NCBI GenBank assembly: GCA_035415725.1
Contig: DAOOGN010000003.1
Location: forward strand, 7,776-71,775
Reading direction: 5' to 3'
DNA length: 64,000 nt
Source of the DNA: Anaerolineae bacterium
Lineage (GTDB): Bacteria > Chloroflexota > Anaerolineae > B4-G1 > SLSP01
The notes beneath the pieces were generated by a model that had not been told where the DNA came from, did not search any database, and saw only the letters and a program-made list of their open reading frames with translations. Position 1 is the stretch's first letter; the number at the start of each line of letters is the position of its first letter. The translations under genes were made by a program, and so were the position numbers. Positions 27,808-38,400 of this stretch are shown piece by piece.

Positions 27808-30179
27808 AATACAAGCCGCTCCTCCTTCTCCTGCTCACCTTCACCCTGCTGGTGTTGATGCACAATGCCAGCACGCCCATCTTCGAGGCTCCGGATGAAG
27901 TCTGGCATCACGCCTACGTGCGTTGGCTTGCGCAGGGGCATGGCTTGCCGGCGATGGACGACGACGCGAGCGGCGCTTACCAGGAAGTGGCCCAGCCGCC
28001 GCTCTATTACGCCGTCGCCGCACTACTCAACGTCCCTTTCAAAAACGTGGACCTGCACGATTGGCTCTGGGGCAATCCGGGATTCAGCTATCAGGCGCCG
28101 GGCACGCTCGCCGACAACAAAAATATGCTCATTCACACGGCGCGCGAAGCATGGCCGTGGCCGGAAGCCGTGTTGAGCATCCACGTCACGCGCCTGGCCT
28201 CGCTGTTCTTCGGCCTGTTGACGGTGCTGGCGACGTGGGGTCTGGGATACGAGACATTCGGGAACCAAAAAGGCGCGCGGATTGCCGCGATGCTGGTCGC
28301 CTTCCACCCGCAATTCGTCTTCATGGGCAGCGTCATCAGCAACGACAGCGCGGCGGCGGCGCTCTCGACGGCCACGTTGTGGGCCGTCGCCCGCACCTGG
28401 CGGCAGGGGGTCACACTGCGGCGGGTCGTCGTGTGCGGCGTGCTGACCGGCCTGGCCGCGCTCACCAAGACCAGCGCCATCCTGCTCCTGCCGCTAGGCG
28501 GACTGGCGCTGCTGGGGGCGGCGGCGCGCCGGCCGGCGGATCAAAAGGCACGCTATGCCCCCGGCGTGTATGGAGCCGTCTTCGGCGTCGTCGCCCTCCT
28601 GGTCGGCGGATGGTGGTACGGGCGCAACGGCATCCTCTACGGCGACCTGTTGGGCATCTCCAACCATGCCAACACCCCCTGGGGACGCCCGACGCCGGCT
28701 ACATGGCTCGATTTACTGCCGGAGATACCGCGTCTGGTGTACTCCTTCTGGGCAGCTTACGGCTGGGGGCATGTGACGTGGCCGGCGTGGGTCTATGGGG
28801 TGCTGACGGTGGGCAGTCTGGTCCTGCTCGGGCGCAGTGTGTGGAACGGCGTCCAGATGGCACGGCGCGCGGGCAAGGCCGACACGACACCCACCACGGT
28901 GGTCATCCTCGCGCTGGCGCTGGTATGGTGCGGTGGCATCCTCGCGGCCTTACTGCAATGGATGCGCCAGGTGGAAGCTCCGCATGGCCGACTGCTCTTC
29001 CCGGCCATCGGTGCGTGGGCACTGCTCTTGACCAACAGCTTCAGGAAGCAGAAGGCAGAATTTGCGCCCCTGCGCCCCGGTGCACGTTTACCGCTTCTGC
29101 TCTTCCTCTTTTTTATGTTTACGCTCACAGCGCTGGCGCCGGGGGCGCGCCTTGTGGCGACGTTTGCCCCGCCGCGGTTGTACGCGCCGGACGCCGTGCT
29201 GAAGGGTCTGCAAGAGACTACGATTGACTATGGGCGGCAGGCGCGGCTCCTGGGGGTCACCGTGGACACCGAGCGCGCTGCGCCGGGGGACACGTTCACG
29301 GTCACAGCGTGCTGGGAAGCCCTCGTGCCACTGTCACAGGATTACACCGTCTTCGTCCACCTCATCGGGCCGCAGAACAGCCGCGTCGCCGAGCGCCACA
29401 CCTATCCCGGCCTGGGACGCTTCCCCACCTCACTGTGGCCCGTGGGACGCGCTTTTTGCGATCACTATCGCATTCCTATCGCTCCGTGGGCCGAAGGGCC
29501 GCTGCTTTACCGATTGGAAGTGGGGTTGTTCGCTGCGGAAACGGGGGAGCGCCTGCACGCTACGCTGGCCGATGGCCGGGCGCACGAACCGCCGCTCGTC
29601 GGCGCCGTCAGCGTCGTCCCTGCCAACATGCCGGCCCTCCTGCCGACCTTCCCCTTGACCGCCACCTTCGATGCGCCGCTGGCACTGCAGGGATATGACG
29701 GGCCGGGCACCGCAGTGCCGGGAGAAACGATTTCCATTACCCTGCACTGGGAAGCCCTGGACACGCCCACCGACGATTTCACCGCTTTCGTGCATCTGTG
29801 GCGTCCGGGAGACCCCGCGCCGCTGGCCCAACACGACAGTCCGCCGCGCCAGGGCTGGTATCCCACCACGGTCTGGCGCGCCGGCGACCGGGTCACGGAT
29901 ACCCATCCCCTCGCCATCCCCGCCGCTCTGCCGCCGGGCGAGTATCCCATGTGGGCAGGGTGGTACCGCACGGCGGATGGCGTCCGTCTGGCCGCGGACG
30001 GCCCTGACGGCCACTATCCCTACGATCTTGTGCCGCTGGGCACCCTGCGGATCGACAGCCATTTTGACAATTCCGGCAGCCGGCCTATCATGACCCCCAG
30101 GGCGTTGTGGGGTGCGGCTTACCCGCTTCCCGGTTCAACGCATGTATTCACTTTGGTTCTCTGGGACTTTGCGTGGTGA
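27804..30179 (+). CDS. GT-C membrane glycosyltransferase, GT39/PMT_2-ArnT-like paralog, with three C-terminal repeat domains
   Basis: FEAPDEVWHHAYVRW loop-1 DE motif. Three repeats of the DYTVFVHL...YPT..W..GDRV.D.H.L.IP domain. Overlaps the upstream paralog by 4 nt. Confidence 0.75.
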   Translation: MKYKPLLLLLLTFTLLVLMHNASTPIFEAPDEVWHHAYVRWLAQGHGLPAMDDDASGAYQEVAQPPLYYAVAALLNVPFKNVDLHDWLWGNPGFSYQAPGTLADNKNMLIHTAREAWPWPEAVLSIHVTRLASLFFGLLTVLATWGLGYETFGNQKGARIAAMLVAFHPQFVFMGSVISNDSAAAALSTATLWAVARTWRQGVTLRRVVVCGVLTGLAALTKTSAILLLPLGGLALLGAAARRPADQKARYAPGVYGAVFGVVALLVGGWWYGRNGILYGDLLGISNHANTPWGRPTPATWLDLLPEIPRLVYSFWAAYGWGHVTWPAWVYGVLTVGSLVLLGRSVWNGVQMARRAGKADTTPTTVVILALALVWCGGILAALLQWMRQVEAPHGRLLFPAIGAWALLLTNSFRKQKAEFAPLRPGARLPLLLFLFFMFTLTALAPGARLVATFAPPRLYAPDAVLKGLQETTIDYGRQARLLGVTVDTERAAPGDTFTVTACWEALVPLSQDYTVFVHLIGPQNSRVAERHTYPGLGRFPTSLWPVGRAFCDHYRIPIAPWAEGPLLYRLEVGLFAAETGERLHATLADGRAHEPPLVGAVSVVPANMPALLPTFPLTATFDAPLALQGYDGPGTAVPGETISITLHWEALDTPTDDFTAFVHLWRPGDPAPLAQHDSPPRQGWYPTTVWRAGDRVTDTHPLAIPAALPPGEYPMWAGWYRTADGVRLAADGPDGHYPYDLVPLGTLRIDSHFDNSGSRPIMTPRALWGAAYPLPGSTHVFTLVLWDFAW

Positions 30180-30188
30180 TGGAAAGTG

Positions 30189-30262
30189 GTTTTTGCCACG
30201 GATGACACTGATTTTCTATACTTTGTGTGTCAATCCGTGGCCGGTTTTTTTTGTTTCGACCC
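30189..30262 (+). terminator. structured terminator-like element, copy Y (GCCACGGAT/ATCCGTGGC 9-bp stem, 29-nt loop, U8 tract); homologous to 15173-15254
   Basis: GTTTTTGCCACGGATGACACTGATTTTCTATACTTTGTGTGTCAATCCGTGGCCGGTTTTTTTTGTTTCGACC, 10 nt after the stop of the 27804-30179 gene. Confidence 0.55.
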
Positions 30263-30304
30263 CACAAAATCCTGAAGAACCTTCACTTTTAGGAGGGACA
30301 AACG

Positions 30305-30814
30305 ATGAAAACTATTGATGATCTCCATGCCGCTTTTGCCGGTGAATCACAGGCCAACCGCAAATACCTGGCTTTCGCTCAAAAAGCCGAGCGCGAGGGC
30401 TACCCCCAGATAGCCAAACTCTTCCGCGCCGTCGCCGCCGCCGAGACCGTCCACGCGCACAACCACTTGCGCGCGCTGGGCGAGATCAAGTCCACGGCGG
30501 AGAACTTGCAGACCGCCATCGCCGGGGAGCATTACGAGGTCAATGACATGTATCCCGAATTTCTCGCCGACGCCCAGGCCGAAGGGCATACCGCCGCGGA
30601 ACGCTCCTTCAATTGGGCCTTGCAAGTGGAAAAAATCCACGAGCAGCTCTATCAAGCCGCGCTGGAAAATCTGGGCGCAGCCGGACAGGAAGGCGAAACC
30701 AAGGTCGAGTATTGGATCTGCCAGACGTGTGGACATACCCACGTCGGCCCCCGGCCCCCCGACAAATGCCCTGTGTGCGGAGCGAAGGGATCGGGCTATC
30801 TGCACATCGAGTAG
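30305..30814 (+). CDS. rbr: rubrerythrin (ferritin-like di-iron domain + C-terminal rubredoxin-like CxxC...CxxC)
   Basis: ExxH di-iron ligand motifs and C-terminal CQTCGH...CPVCG. Confidence 0.9.
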   Translation: MKTIDDLHAAFAGESQANRKYLAFAQKAEREGYPQIAKLFRAVAAAETVHAHNHLRALGEIKSTAENLQTAIAGEHYEVNDMYPEFLADAQAEGHTAAERSFNWALQVEKIHEQLYQAALENLGAAGQEGETKVEYWICQTCGHTHVGPRPPDKCPVCGAKGSGYLHIE

Positions 30815-30898
30815 GGTGCGCCTACACATTTTTGAGTTCCCCACCCCGGAGCTCCTTAGGCACAACCCATTCTGATTCTTCTTCATTGGAAGACGACA

Positions 30899-30931
30899 AG
30901 CGCCCTATAGTACACACATTACTATAGGGCG
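30899..30931. terminator. bidirectional hairpin (13-bp stem GCGCCCTATAGTA, 7-nt loop) between convergent rubrerythrin and VOC genes
   Basis: Perfect inverted repeat. Flanks are only weakly U-rich. Confidence 0.35.
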
Positions 30932-30967
30932 CTCGTCATTCATTATGACCTGCCACTCAAGGAATCT

Positions 30968-31378
30968 CTATAAACCTTCTTCGGTCGTTACGTTACCTAT
31001 AACATTGCCCTCGGCATCCGTCTTTAATAACCCTTTGCTCGTGTCTAGTAGCACGAGTTCATTTCCCCACGGATCGTGAACTACCACACAACGACCTATC
31101 TGAATATCAAACGGCGGTATCACCACTTTTCCGCCCGCTTCCTCAATCCGAATAGCCGCGTCATCAGCACACGCAACCTTCAAGTCAATTTCAGGGCCTT
31201 GCGGTTCGGTATGAAGAACGATCTCTGTCTCATCATCGGGCATTCGCAGCCCGACCGCTTGTTTTGTTCGCCAAATTAGCTCAAGTCCCAGTTGGTCACG
31301 ATAAAACGAAAGGCCAGACTCAAGGCTTTCAACGTAAAGGCGCACACAATCGACATTTTTTATGAGCGGTTTAGTCAT
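30968..31378 (-). CDS. VOC-family (glyoxalase/bleomycin-resistance/dioxygenase fold) protein
   Basis: Start taken at the ATG at 31378 (MTKPLIKNVDCVRLYV...). beta-alpha-beta-beta-beta VOC pattern. Lies in a low-GC islet. Confidence 0.7.
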   Translation of the reverse strand: MTKPLIKNVDCVRLYVESLESGLSFYRDQLGLELIWRTKQAVGLRMPDDETEIVLHTEPQGPEIDLKVACADDAAIRIEEAGGKVVIPPFDIQIGRCVVVHDPWGNELVLLDTSKGLLKTDAEGNVIGNVTTEEGL

Positions 31379-31403
31379 TTCTGCAGAATCTCCTATCTCC
31401 CTT

Positions 31404-31942
31404 CTACTCCACGACTTCCCATACTCGCAACGGCTCATCCTGCCACTTCACTCTGACATCGGGCAATGAGCATGTTTCATACGCCAACCTCACTTCAGCA
31501 TGCACTCGTTCTGTGATGGCTATGCCCCTATGATGCCCAATCGTGGCCACACGATTGACTTCTTCGCCGAATATGTCCCTTTGCCTTAACGACCTGTGTC
31601 CAAATATTCCCGTCACGACCTCCCCCGAACCGATGCCTATCTCAAGTTCGGTATCAGCCGACAGACCGTTTTTTGTAACCATATCAGAGAAAGCTCTTCG
31701 CAGTTCCAACGAGCACGCCACCGTCTCGTTCTCGCAACCAGTGGGGAATATGCACAGCATGGCGTCCCCCAGGTATTTCACAATCTCACCCTTATGGGCA
31801 ACGATGATGTCCCTAGCCCTTCATACATCGCTTGCACAAAGCCGTGGGAATTCTCGCCCAACACCTTGAAGGCAATCGAGAAGTTGTGAACGTCCATAAA
31901 CACGATCACCCGGTTTTCTGTTGTGATTCCCAGAATTGCCAT
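31404..31942 (-). pseudogene. stand-alone class III adenylate/guanylate cyclase catalytic domain, disrupted by a single-base frameshift at a G-run (about 31811-31813)
   Basis: Frame A (31942 down): MAILGITTENRVIVFMDVHNFSIAFKVLGENSHGFVQAMYEGLG, then stop. Frame B continues DIIVAHKGEIVKYLGDAMLCIFP...GSGEVVTGIFG...GEEVNRVA. Joined, they match the class III cyclase consensus (FaDivgFT ... iGDa ... GdtVN.A.R). Confidence 0.6.
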
Positions 31943-32116
31943 CGCTTCTTCCCCTCTACGTAATCCTTTGAAATGTATTCATCATTGAAAACCTGCCTTT
32001 CTGCCAGCTCACACAGCAGTAAAAGCAAGTCGAATCCATCCGATAAATCTCACCACAACCAGGGCCCTGATTGTGCGTACTATGTATGAGACACATCCAG
32101 TCTAAGGAGGAACATT

Positions 32117-32338
32117 ATGGCAAAGAAAAAACGCACCCCGTGGTTCTTATGGCCGTTCGTGGCGCTGTGGGATCTCATCAGTTGGATTCTGCAACTGACC
32201 GGACGGCTTGTGGCCATCATCTTGGGGCTGGTCTTCATGATCATCGGTGTGCTGTTGACTGTGACGTTAATCGGAGCCATTGTCGGCATTCCACTCATCA
32301 TCTTTGGGTTTCTGCTGCTGATCCGCAGTCTATTCTAA
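32117..32338 (+). CDS. small two-TM membrane protein (73 aa)
   Basis: Strong RBS AAGGAGG 6 nt upstream; hydrophobic; followed by the REP-like hairpin plus a T-tract. Confidence 0.55.
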   Translation: MAKKKRTPWFLWPFVALWDLISWILQLTGRLVAIILGLVFMIIGVLLTVTLIGAIVGIPLIIFGFLLLIRSLF

Positions 32339-32370
32339 AATAGCGGTTTTGAGTCGCTGCAGGGACATGC

Positions 32371-32409
32371 CCGTGGGTAGAGCGAATGGGCCATTCGCCC
32401 TACCCACGG
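32371..32409. repeat. REP-like palindromic element, copy 2 (CCGTGGGTAGAGCGAATGGGCCATTCGCCCTACCCACGG), followed by TGTTTTATGG; likely bidirectional terminator
   Basis: Inverted repeat with one mismatch. Lies between convergent genes. Confidence 0.5.
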
Positions 32410-32434
32410 TGTTTTATGGTTGTGAGGTGCGGTC

Positions 32435-35400
32435 TCAGGAGTTGCGCAGCACGACCGGCAGGAAGACGTCGTTGAGCACACTGCCGACCGTGAATTCGCC
32501 GGTCAGCGGACCGTAGGCGGTCTCATCCTCGCGCACGATGCGCGCCTGCGCCGCATAGACGCCGCCGGCGCTCGCCCCTACCTCCCAGGTGAACTCGAAG
32601 ACGTGCACGTCACCTGCCACTGCCACGTCCGTCTGGGACGGCAAGTCCGCCGCTACACCGCCTTCAGCATCGTAGAGCATCAGGTGCGCGGTGACTGTGA
32701 CCGGCCTGGCAAGGTAGTTGGTAAAGGTCACACGGAAGGTCGCCGTGTCACTCATCGCCAGCGTTGCCGTCGGGACTTCCAACGCGGTCAGCGCGCCGCC
32801 CACGACATCCACGCGGGTCGTCGCCAACCCCATGAGCACATCGCCTTGCCACAGCGCCAGCCGCAGGTCATAAGCGCCCTCCGGCAGCGTCCCATCCCAC
32901 CCCACTTCAATGGCTTGCTGACCATCCGAGGGAACCGAGAACGGTCCATCATCCTGCCAGCCCATCTCGTGGCCTTCGGCATCCAGCAGCGTCAGCGTGG
33001 AGGTGACCGTCAGCAAGTCGTCCGTGACGTTTTCCAGCAGCGCCGTCACGCTGATCGGCGCGCCGGGGATCACCGTTTCGGCCAGGGGGGTAACATTCGA
33101 AACTGCCAGCGCCACCGGCGCCTCGTAGACCACCTCGATCACCATCTGCGAGCAGAAGCGCGTCGCGTTGCTCGTGGGGTTGTGTTGAATGGGGAAAAGC
33201 GTGAAGAGCAGGCGGTTCTCCTGGGGTTGCCAGCGGAGCCGGTCGGCGTCGGCGGGGTAGAAAGTGTTGATGTCGGTGGTGGTGGTGAAGGTGGTGCCGC
33301 CTTCCGACCACGGCTCTGCGACGATGATGGGCACTTCGTAGACCGCAACGTCTTTGCACGTCGTCGAAATCAACGTCGCGCTCTGCAACGTCGCGCTGAT
33401 GGGCAGCGTGAGGGTGTAGCCCTTCACGTAGGGCAACAGCGGCAAGGCCGGCGCGATGGCCTTGTCCCCGCCGGGGATAGAGAGCACGTCGTAGATCACG
33501 CCACCAGTCACCACCTGCGTCGCTTCATACCCGGCGATATCTACCGTGATCGTGCGCGTGTAGCGGTTCGTCTCCGCCGGCGCGATATTCCCCGCCTCAA
33601 CCCGCACTGCCGACCGCTGACTGCCCAAAGCCGCAAGCGGCTCGTTCACTGCTGCCTGTTGCATTCCCCCTGGATAATCCAGCCGCTGCCAGGGCACGCC
33701 GTAGAGGTTGAACTCGGTCACGGTCTTGCGATCCAGGGCATCGCCGCTGGTCGCGCTGGTACCGGGGTTGTATTGGCCGAAGGGATAGACGTCCTTGGCC
33801 CGCAGCAGCGCGTCGCCGATGGTACGGCTTGCAGTTCCGGCGGGGAGGAATTCGTCGAAGAAGTGTTGGAGAAGTTTCTCGCCCCACGTCGCGTGGCACA
33901 GGCTGCCCGGTGAACCGTAGCTAAACCCGGTCGCGCCGATGTAAGCACGCCCGCCCTCATGAACCACATCATAGACCATGTTATCGTCCACGCCTCCACG
34001 TCCACCGATAGCGGGCACGGGCAAACCGCCGTGACAGCCGACGATGAAGGTCAATGGATGATCGTTGTCAAAACGAAAGTAGCCACAGCCTGCGCCAGAG
34101 CACGTGTCGTCGGGTGTGAAGCTGTTTTCTGGAATGGTGGCCGAGTTATAGCTGTTGTGTCCGCCGATGAAGAAGAGGTCCATCCCGCTGTTCGCCGCGG
34201 CGCGGAAGCCGCTAATCCAGGCCGCATTGAACGGCGCCAGCACGTCCACGGTATGCGGCGTCTCGGCATCATTGTACACGCCAAAACCGCGCGCCGCCAG
34301 ACGCGCCGGCACGTTGATCACATCGGCGATGGCGCCACTGCCACAACTGGGATTGCTGTATCCTAGCTCCCAGCCGTCCACACTCGCCATCACCGCCCGC
34401 CAGGTGCCGCCGTCGGTCGCCAGGCTGTTGTTGAGCAGATAACGCATGTCCTCCGCCGTCGCGCCCACCAGGCGGCCGACCGCCAGTTCCAGATCACCCA
34501 GGCGCCAATCGGTGCCGCCCCACAGATCGCCATAAGGATTGTCGGTGAGAATGTAGTCATGATCCGTCGCGTGAATCTGGGGGTTGGTCGCCGACGTCAC
34601 CGACCAACCGGCTTCATCGTTGAACGGATCATTGTAACGGTAGAACGGCAGCACATCGTCATCCCCGACGAGAAGCAAGTAGTAAGGGGAGAAAGTCATG
34701 CCGACGGTGGTGGAGAAGGGGAAATGATAGGACCACGTCTCTGTGCCATCTTCCACCCAATCCTCGAGGAGATCGTCCAACTCGTTAGCCACGGCGTTAG
34801 CCGTGTCCTCGCTGGCGTAGTTGACAGTGGTATTGTTCCAGTCGCGGATGGTAGAAGCGTAAAGATCGGCGTTGTAGATGACTCCCAGCGGCTGATCGTT
34901 GTACGGCGCGCCTTGGGCCACATTGTACACCTGCGCCAGCAGGTCGGTCGCGTTATAGTCGGCGTAGTTGTCGTACAGTTGGGTCCGGTTGGTCACGATG
35001 AGCGCCTCAGCCGTGCTGACCAGGCGCAGATCGGCATCCGAGAAGCTGCCCATCACCCAGTAACCCGCCCGCTGCACGCGGCTTTGCAAGGTGAGCATCT
35101 GCGGGGAGAGGGTGTTGGGAATGCGGAAGCGCCACACCACTTGCTGGCGGTAGGGGCAGAACCACCAGTAACACCCGCGGGTCAGGTTCGTCGTCACCTG
35201 GTACTCCCCGCCGCCCAGAGAGGTCGAAGTTGCCGCCGTCGGCGCCGTGCCGTAGGTGCTGCGCACCCACGTGTTGACCGGCACGCCGAGCACATCGCCG
35301 GGGACGGTGAGGATCACATTGACGTTCGAGGACGCCGCGGCGACAGAAGTCGAGACGTAAGCCACGACATCCACGTAGTTGTAAGCGGTCTGGCCGGTGT

Positions 35401-38400
35401 TATCGCCGATCAGTTTGTTGACCACCACGCCTTCAGCCGCTTCCTCAAGGCGCAGCGAGGAGGCGATGGTCACGATGGGTGGAAATTCAATGATGACAGG
35501 CGACGATGTAGTGAACGTGAACTCGGCGTCGGTTGTACCCACCCAACGTGTGCCGGCGTAAGCGTCAATCTGCCAGGTGTACCCGGTGTTCCAGTTCAAC
35601 GGCGCGAGAACCTGATGCACTGTACCGATGATGTTGTGGGTGTGTTCCACGAGCGTCCAATCCACCGTTTTGTTCAGTTGGAAGGTGTAGTGGTCGGCTT
35701 CCGGCAAGGCCTGCCAGGTCATCGTCGGGATGGTCGTTTCAATGACTGTGCCGTTGGCCGGGGAAAGCAAGGTCATCTTCTTAGGCAGATCGAGGTGCTT
35801 GATCACATTGCTGCTGCCCATGGTGAGGCTGCTCGCCACCCAACCGATGTACTCAGCCGTGGGGCCATAACGTTTGAGTTGATACTCCCCCGGCTCCACG
35901 TTGCAGAAGCGGTAGCGGCCGCTGGCATCGGTTGTCGTCGTCTGTTCCACCGTCCCGCTCGCGCTCGGGCCGGCGATCAACTCCACCTTCACGCCAGAAA
36001 GCGCCGTCGTCGCGTAGTACACCTGCCCTTCCACACAGGGCAACGCTCTGGGTGGGGCGACGACAGAAACGCGATGCGTGGCCGTGACGCTGCCACCGCA
36101 GTTGGTCGCCACCACTTGCACAGGATAGGTGCCCGGCTCCTGCCAATAGTAGGTAGCCGTAGCCGTCCCCTGTCCCCTGGCGGGCTTGGGCGTCCACACG
36201 AAATTCAAGGGCGGCGACGCCGTCGCCGGCAAAACCTTGGTCTCCAGGCGCACCGGCACACCGGTCTGCGTCTCGGGGGGGCCGCCGATAGCCACATCCT
36301 GTAACGGCACGGGGCAGGCCAGCACCAGACTGGCGGACTCGATATCCCAGTTGGCGCGCCGGAAGTCACTCCATACGGCGTAAGCGCTGTTCCCACCCAC
36401 AACGGCGGGCTGGCGCTGCGGGAAGGTTGTAGCGTCGTCGTTGACGCGCCCCGTCGCACTCCAAGACGCCCCGTCGTCCACCGACGTGCTGTAGGCGATG
36501 TCGGTGTCCCCCTCAAGGCCATCCTGCCAGAGGACGAAAACCACGCCGTCACCATCCACGGCTACCGTCGGCTCGGTTGCCGGCCCTTTCAGGATGGCGG
36601 CCGGCGTCCCCCACGTCACGCCGCCGTCCGCAGAGGCAGCGTGGAAAATGGTCTTCACGCCGGTGCAGTCGTCATCCCAAACCAGGTGAACGTAGCTATT
36701 CAGTGGATTCACCGCGATGTTGGGGGCGCCACGCAATGTGCCGGGCGCTCCTATATCCACGAACTGACGATTAGTCCACGTCTCGCCGTCGTCCCGGGAG
36801 CGCGCGTAGCCGATATGATATTGAGTAGACGGCGTCCAGAGCGTCTCCACCCACGCCAGATGCAGCGTCCCGGCGGCGTCCCTGGCGAGGGTGGGATTTT
36901 CCAGGCTGCCATCACTGGTGATGATCTGCGTAGGTGTCATCCAGCTCGTGCCGCCGTCAGCCGAAGAAGTCAAATACAGACTATTGGATTGTTGCCAGAC
37001 CACGTACACCTTCTGCCCGGCGGCGACGAGATCGGGCGCACTGGCCATGTTGTAAGATCCGCTCGCACTGAGGGGCCGATCCTTTCCCCACGTCAGCCCG
37101 CCGTCGGCGGAGTGATCATAGTAGATGACGCTGGAGTCGCCTTGCGAGCTTGCCCATGCGACGTGAACCGTCAAGGCGCCCGTTGCCGCGATGGCCGGAA
37201 ATTCATGCAGGGGATGGTCATCGTCCACACGTCCATCGGCGCTCCATGTAACCCCGCCATCGAGCGAGGAATCCGCATACAGGGCGGCGTTGTAAGCCGC
37301 GAGACGGTAATCGGCCCAGGCCGCATACAGCCGGCCCGTGCTGCCGATGGCAATGGATGGATACGCCTGGCGGGCATCGCCTTCGTCATTGACTTGAATT
37401 GCATCGCTCCAGGCGACGCTGTCCCTTATCGAAAGGAGCACATCTGCATCCCCCGCAGAATAGTGCTCCCATGCCGCATAGATCCGCGTGGCGCCGGCGT
37501 CATTCGCCGGATTTTGCAGAAACTCTGTGGTGGTCGTGATCACGTCATCCACCGCGGACCAACCTTTCCCAGGGTCGTAGGCATCGGCGTACAGGCGATA
37601 GGTGCCGCTGATGACGCGCCACGTCGCCCAGGCCGCGCCCTGGCCGTTGATGGTGACGTTCGGGCTGTCGGCGTGATCCACGGCGCTGATCTGCCCATCC
37701 TGTCGTCCCCACGTGCCGCCGCCATCTGTGGAAATGTCGCCCATGATATACCCGGCACTGGGATTGCTGCCGGAATCTATCCACACCACGTGGACTATGT
37801 CCCCATTCGCCGCGATGGAGGGGTTGCTCTGCGTCCCGGCAGTCGTGTCGTTCAACCGGACATTGACCAGTGCCGTGGGCGAAAGGGACGCGTAATAGAT
37901 GTCCCACGTGCTGTTTCGGTCATCGTACCAGGCGATGTGCACGCGGCTACCCGTTCCCAGGGCAATGTCGGGCGCATAGTGATGGTATCCGTCGGCATCA
38001 TTGTTGACACGGGTGTCCTTCCCCCATGTCAGACCGCCGTCCGTCGAGCAGTCCACGTAAATATCTCCGACATAGGCTGTACGCCCGTCGCTCCAGACGA
38101 TACAGACGTCGCTGCCCAACGCTGCGATGGCCGGATTGTTTTGCGTCCCGGTCAGCACGTCGTTGACGCGCACCTCGGCGCTCCACGTCTGGCCGCCGTC
38201 TGTGGAGCGGGCATAGTAGATATCGTCGTCTCCGGCGCGGCTGTCGGACCAGACGGCGTGTAGCACCCCCGCCGCATTGACGGCGATATCGGGAGTATAT
38301 TGCCAAGCGCCGGCATCGTGATTGACGCGGACACTCGCGCCCCACGTCTGTCCCCCGTCGGGAGAACGCGCGAAGTAGACGTCGGCGTCATCGTTGCGCC

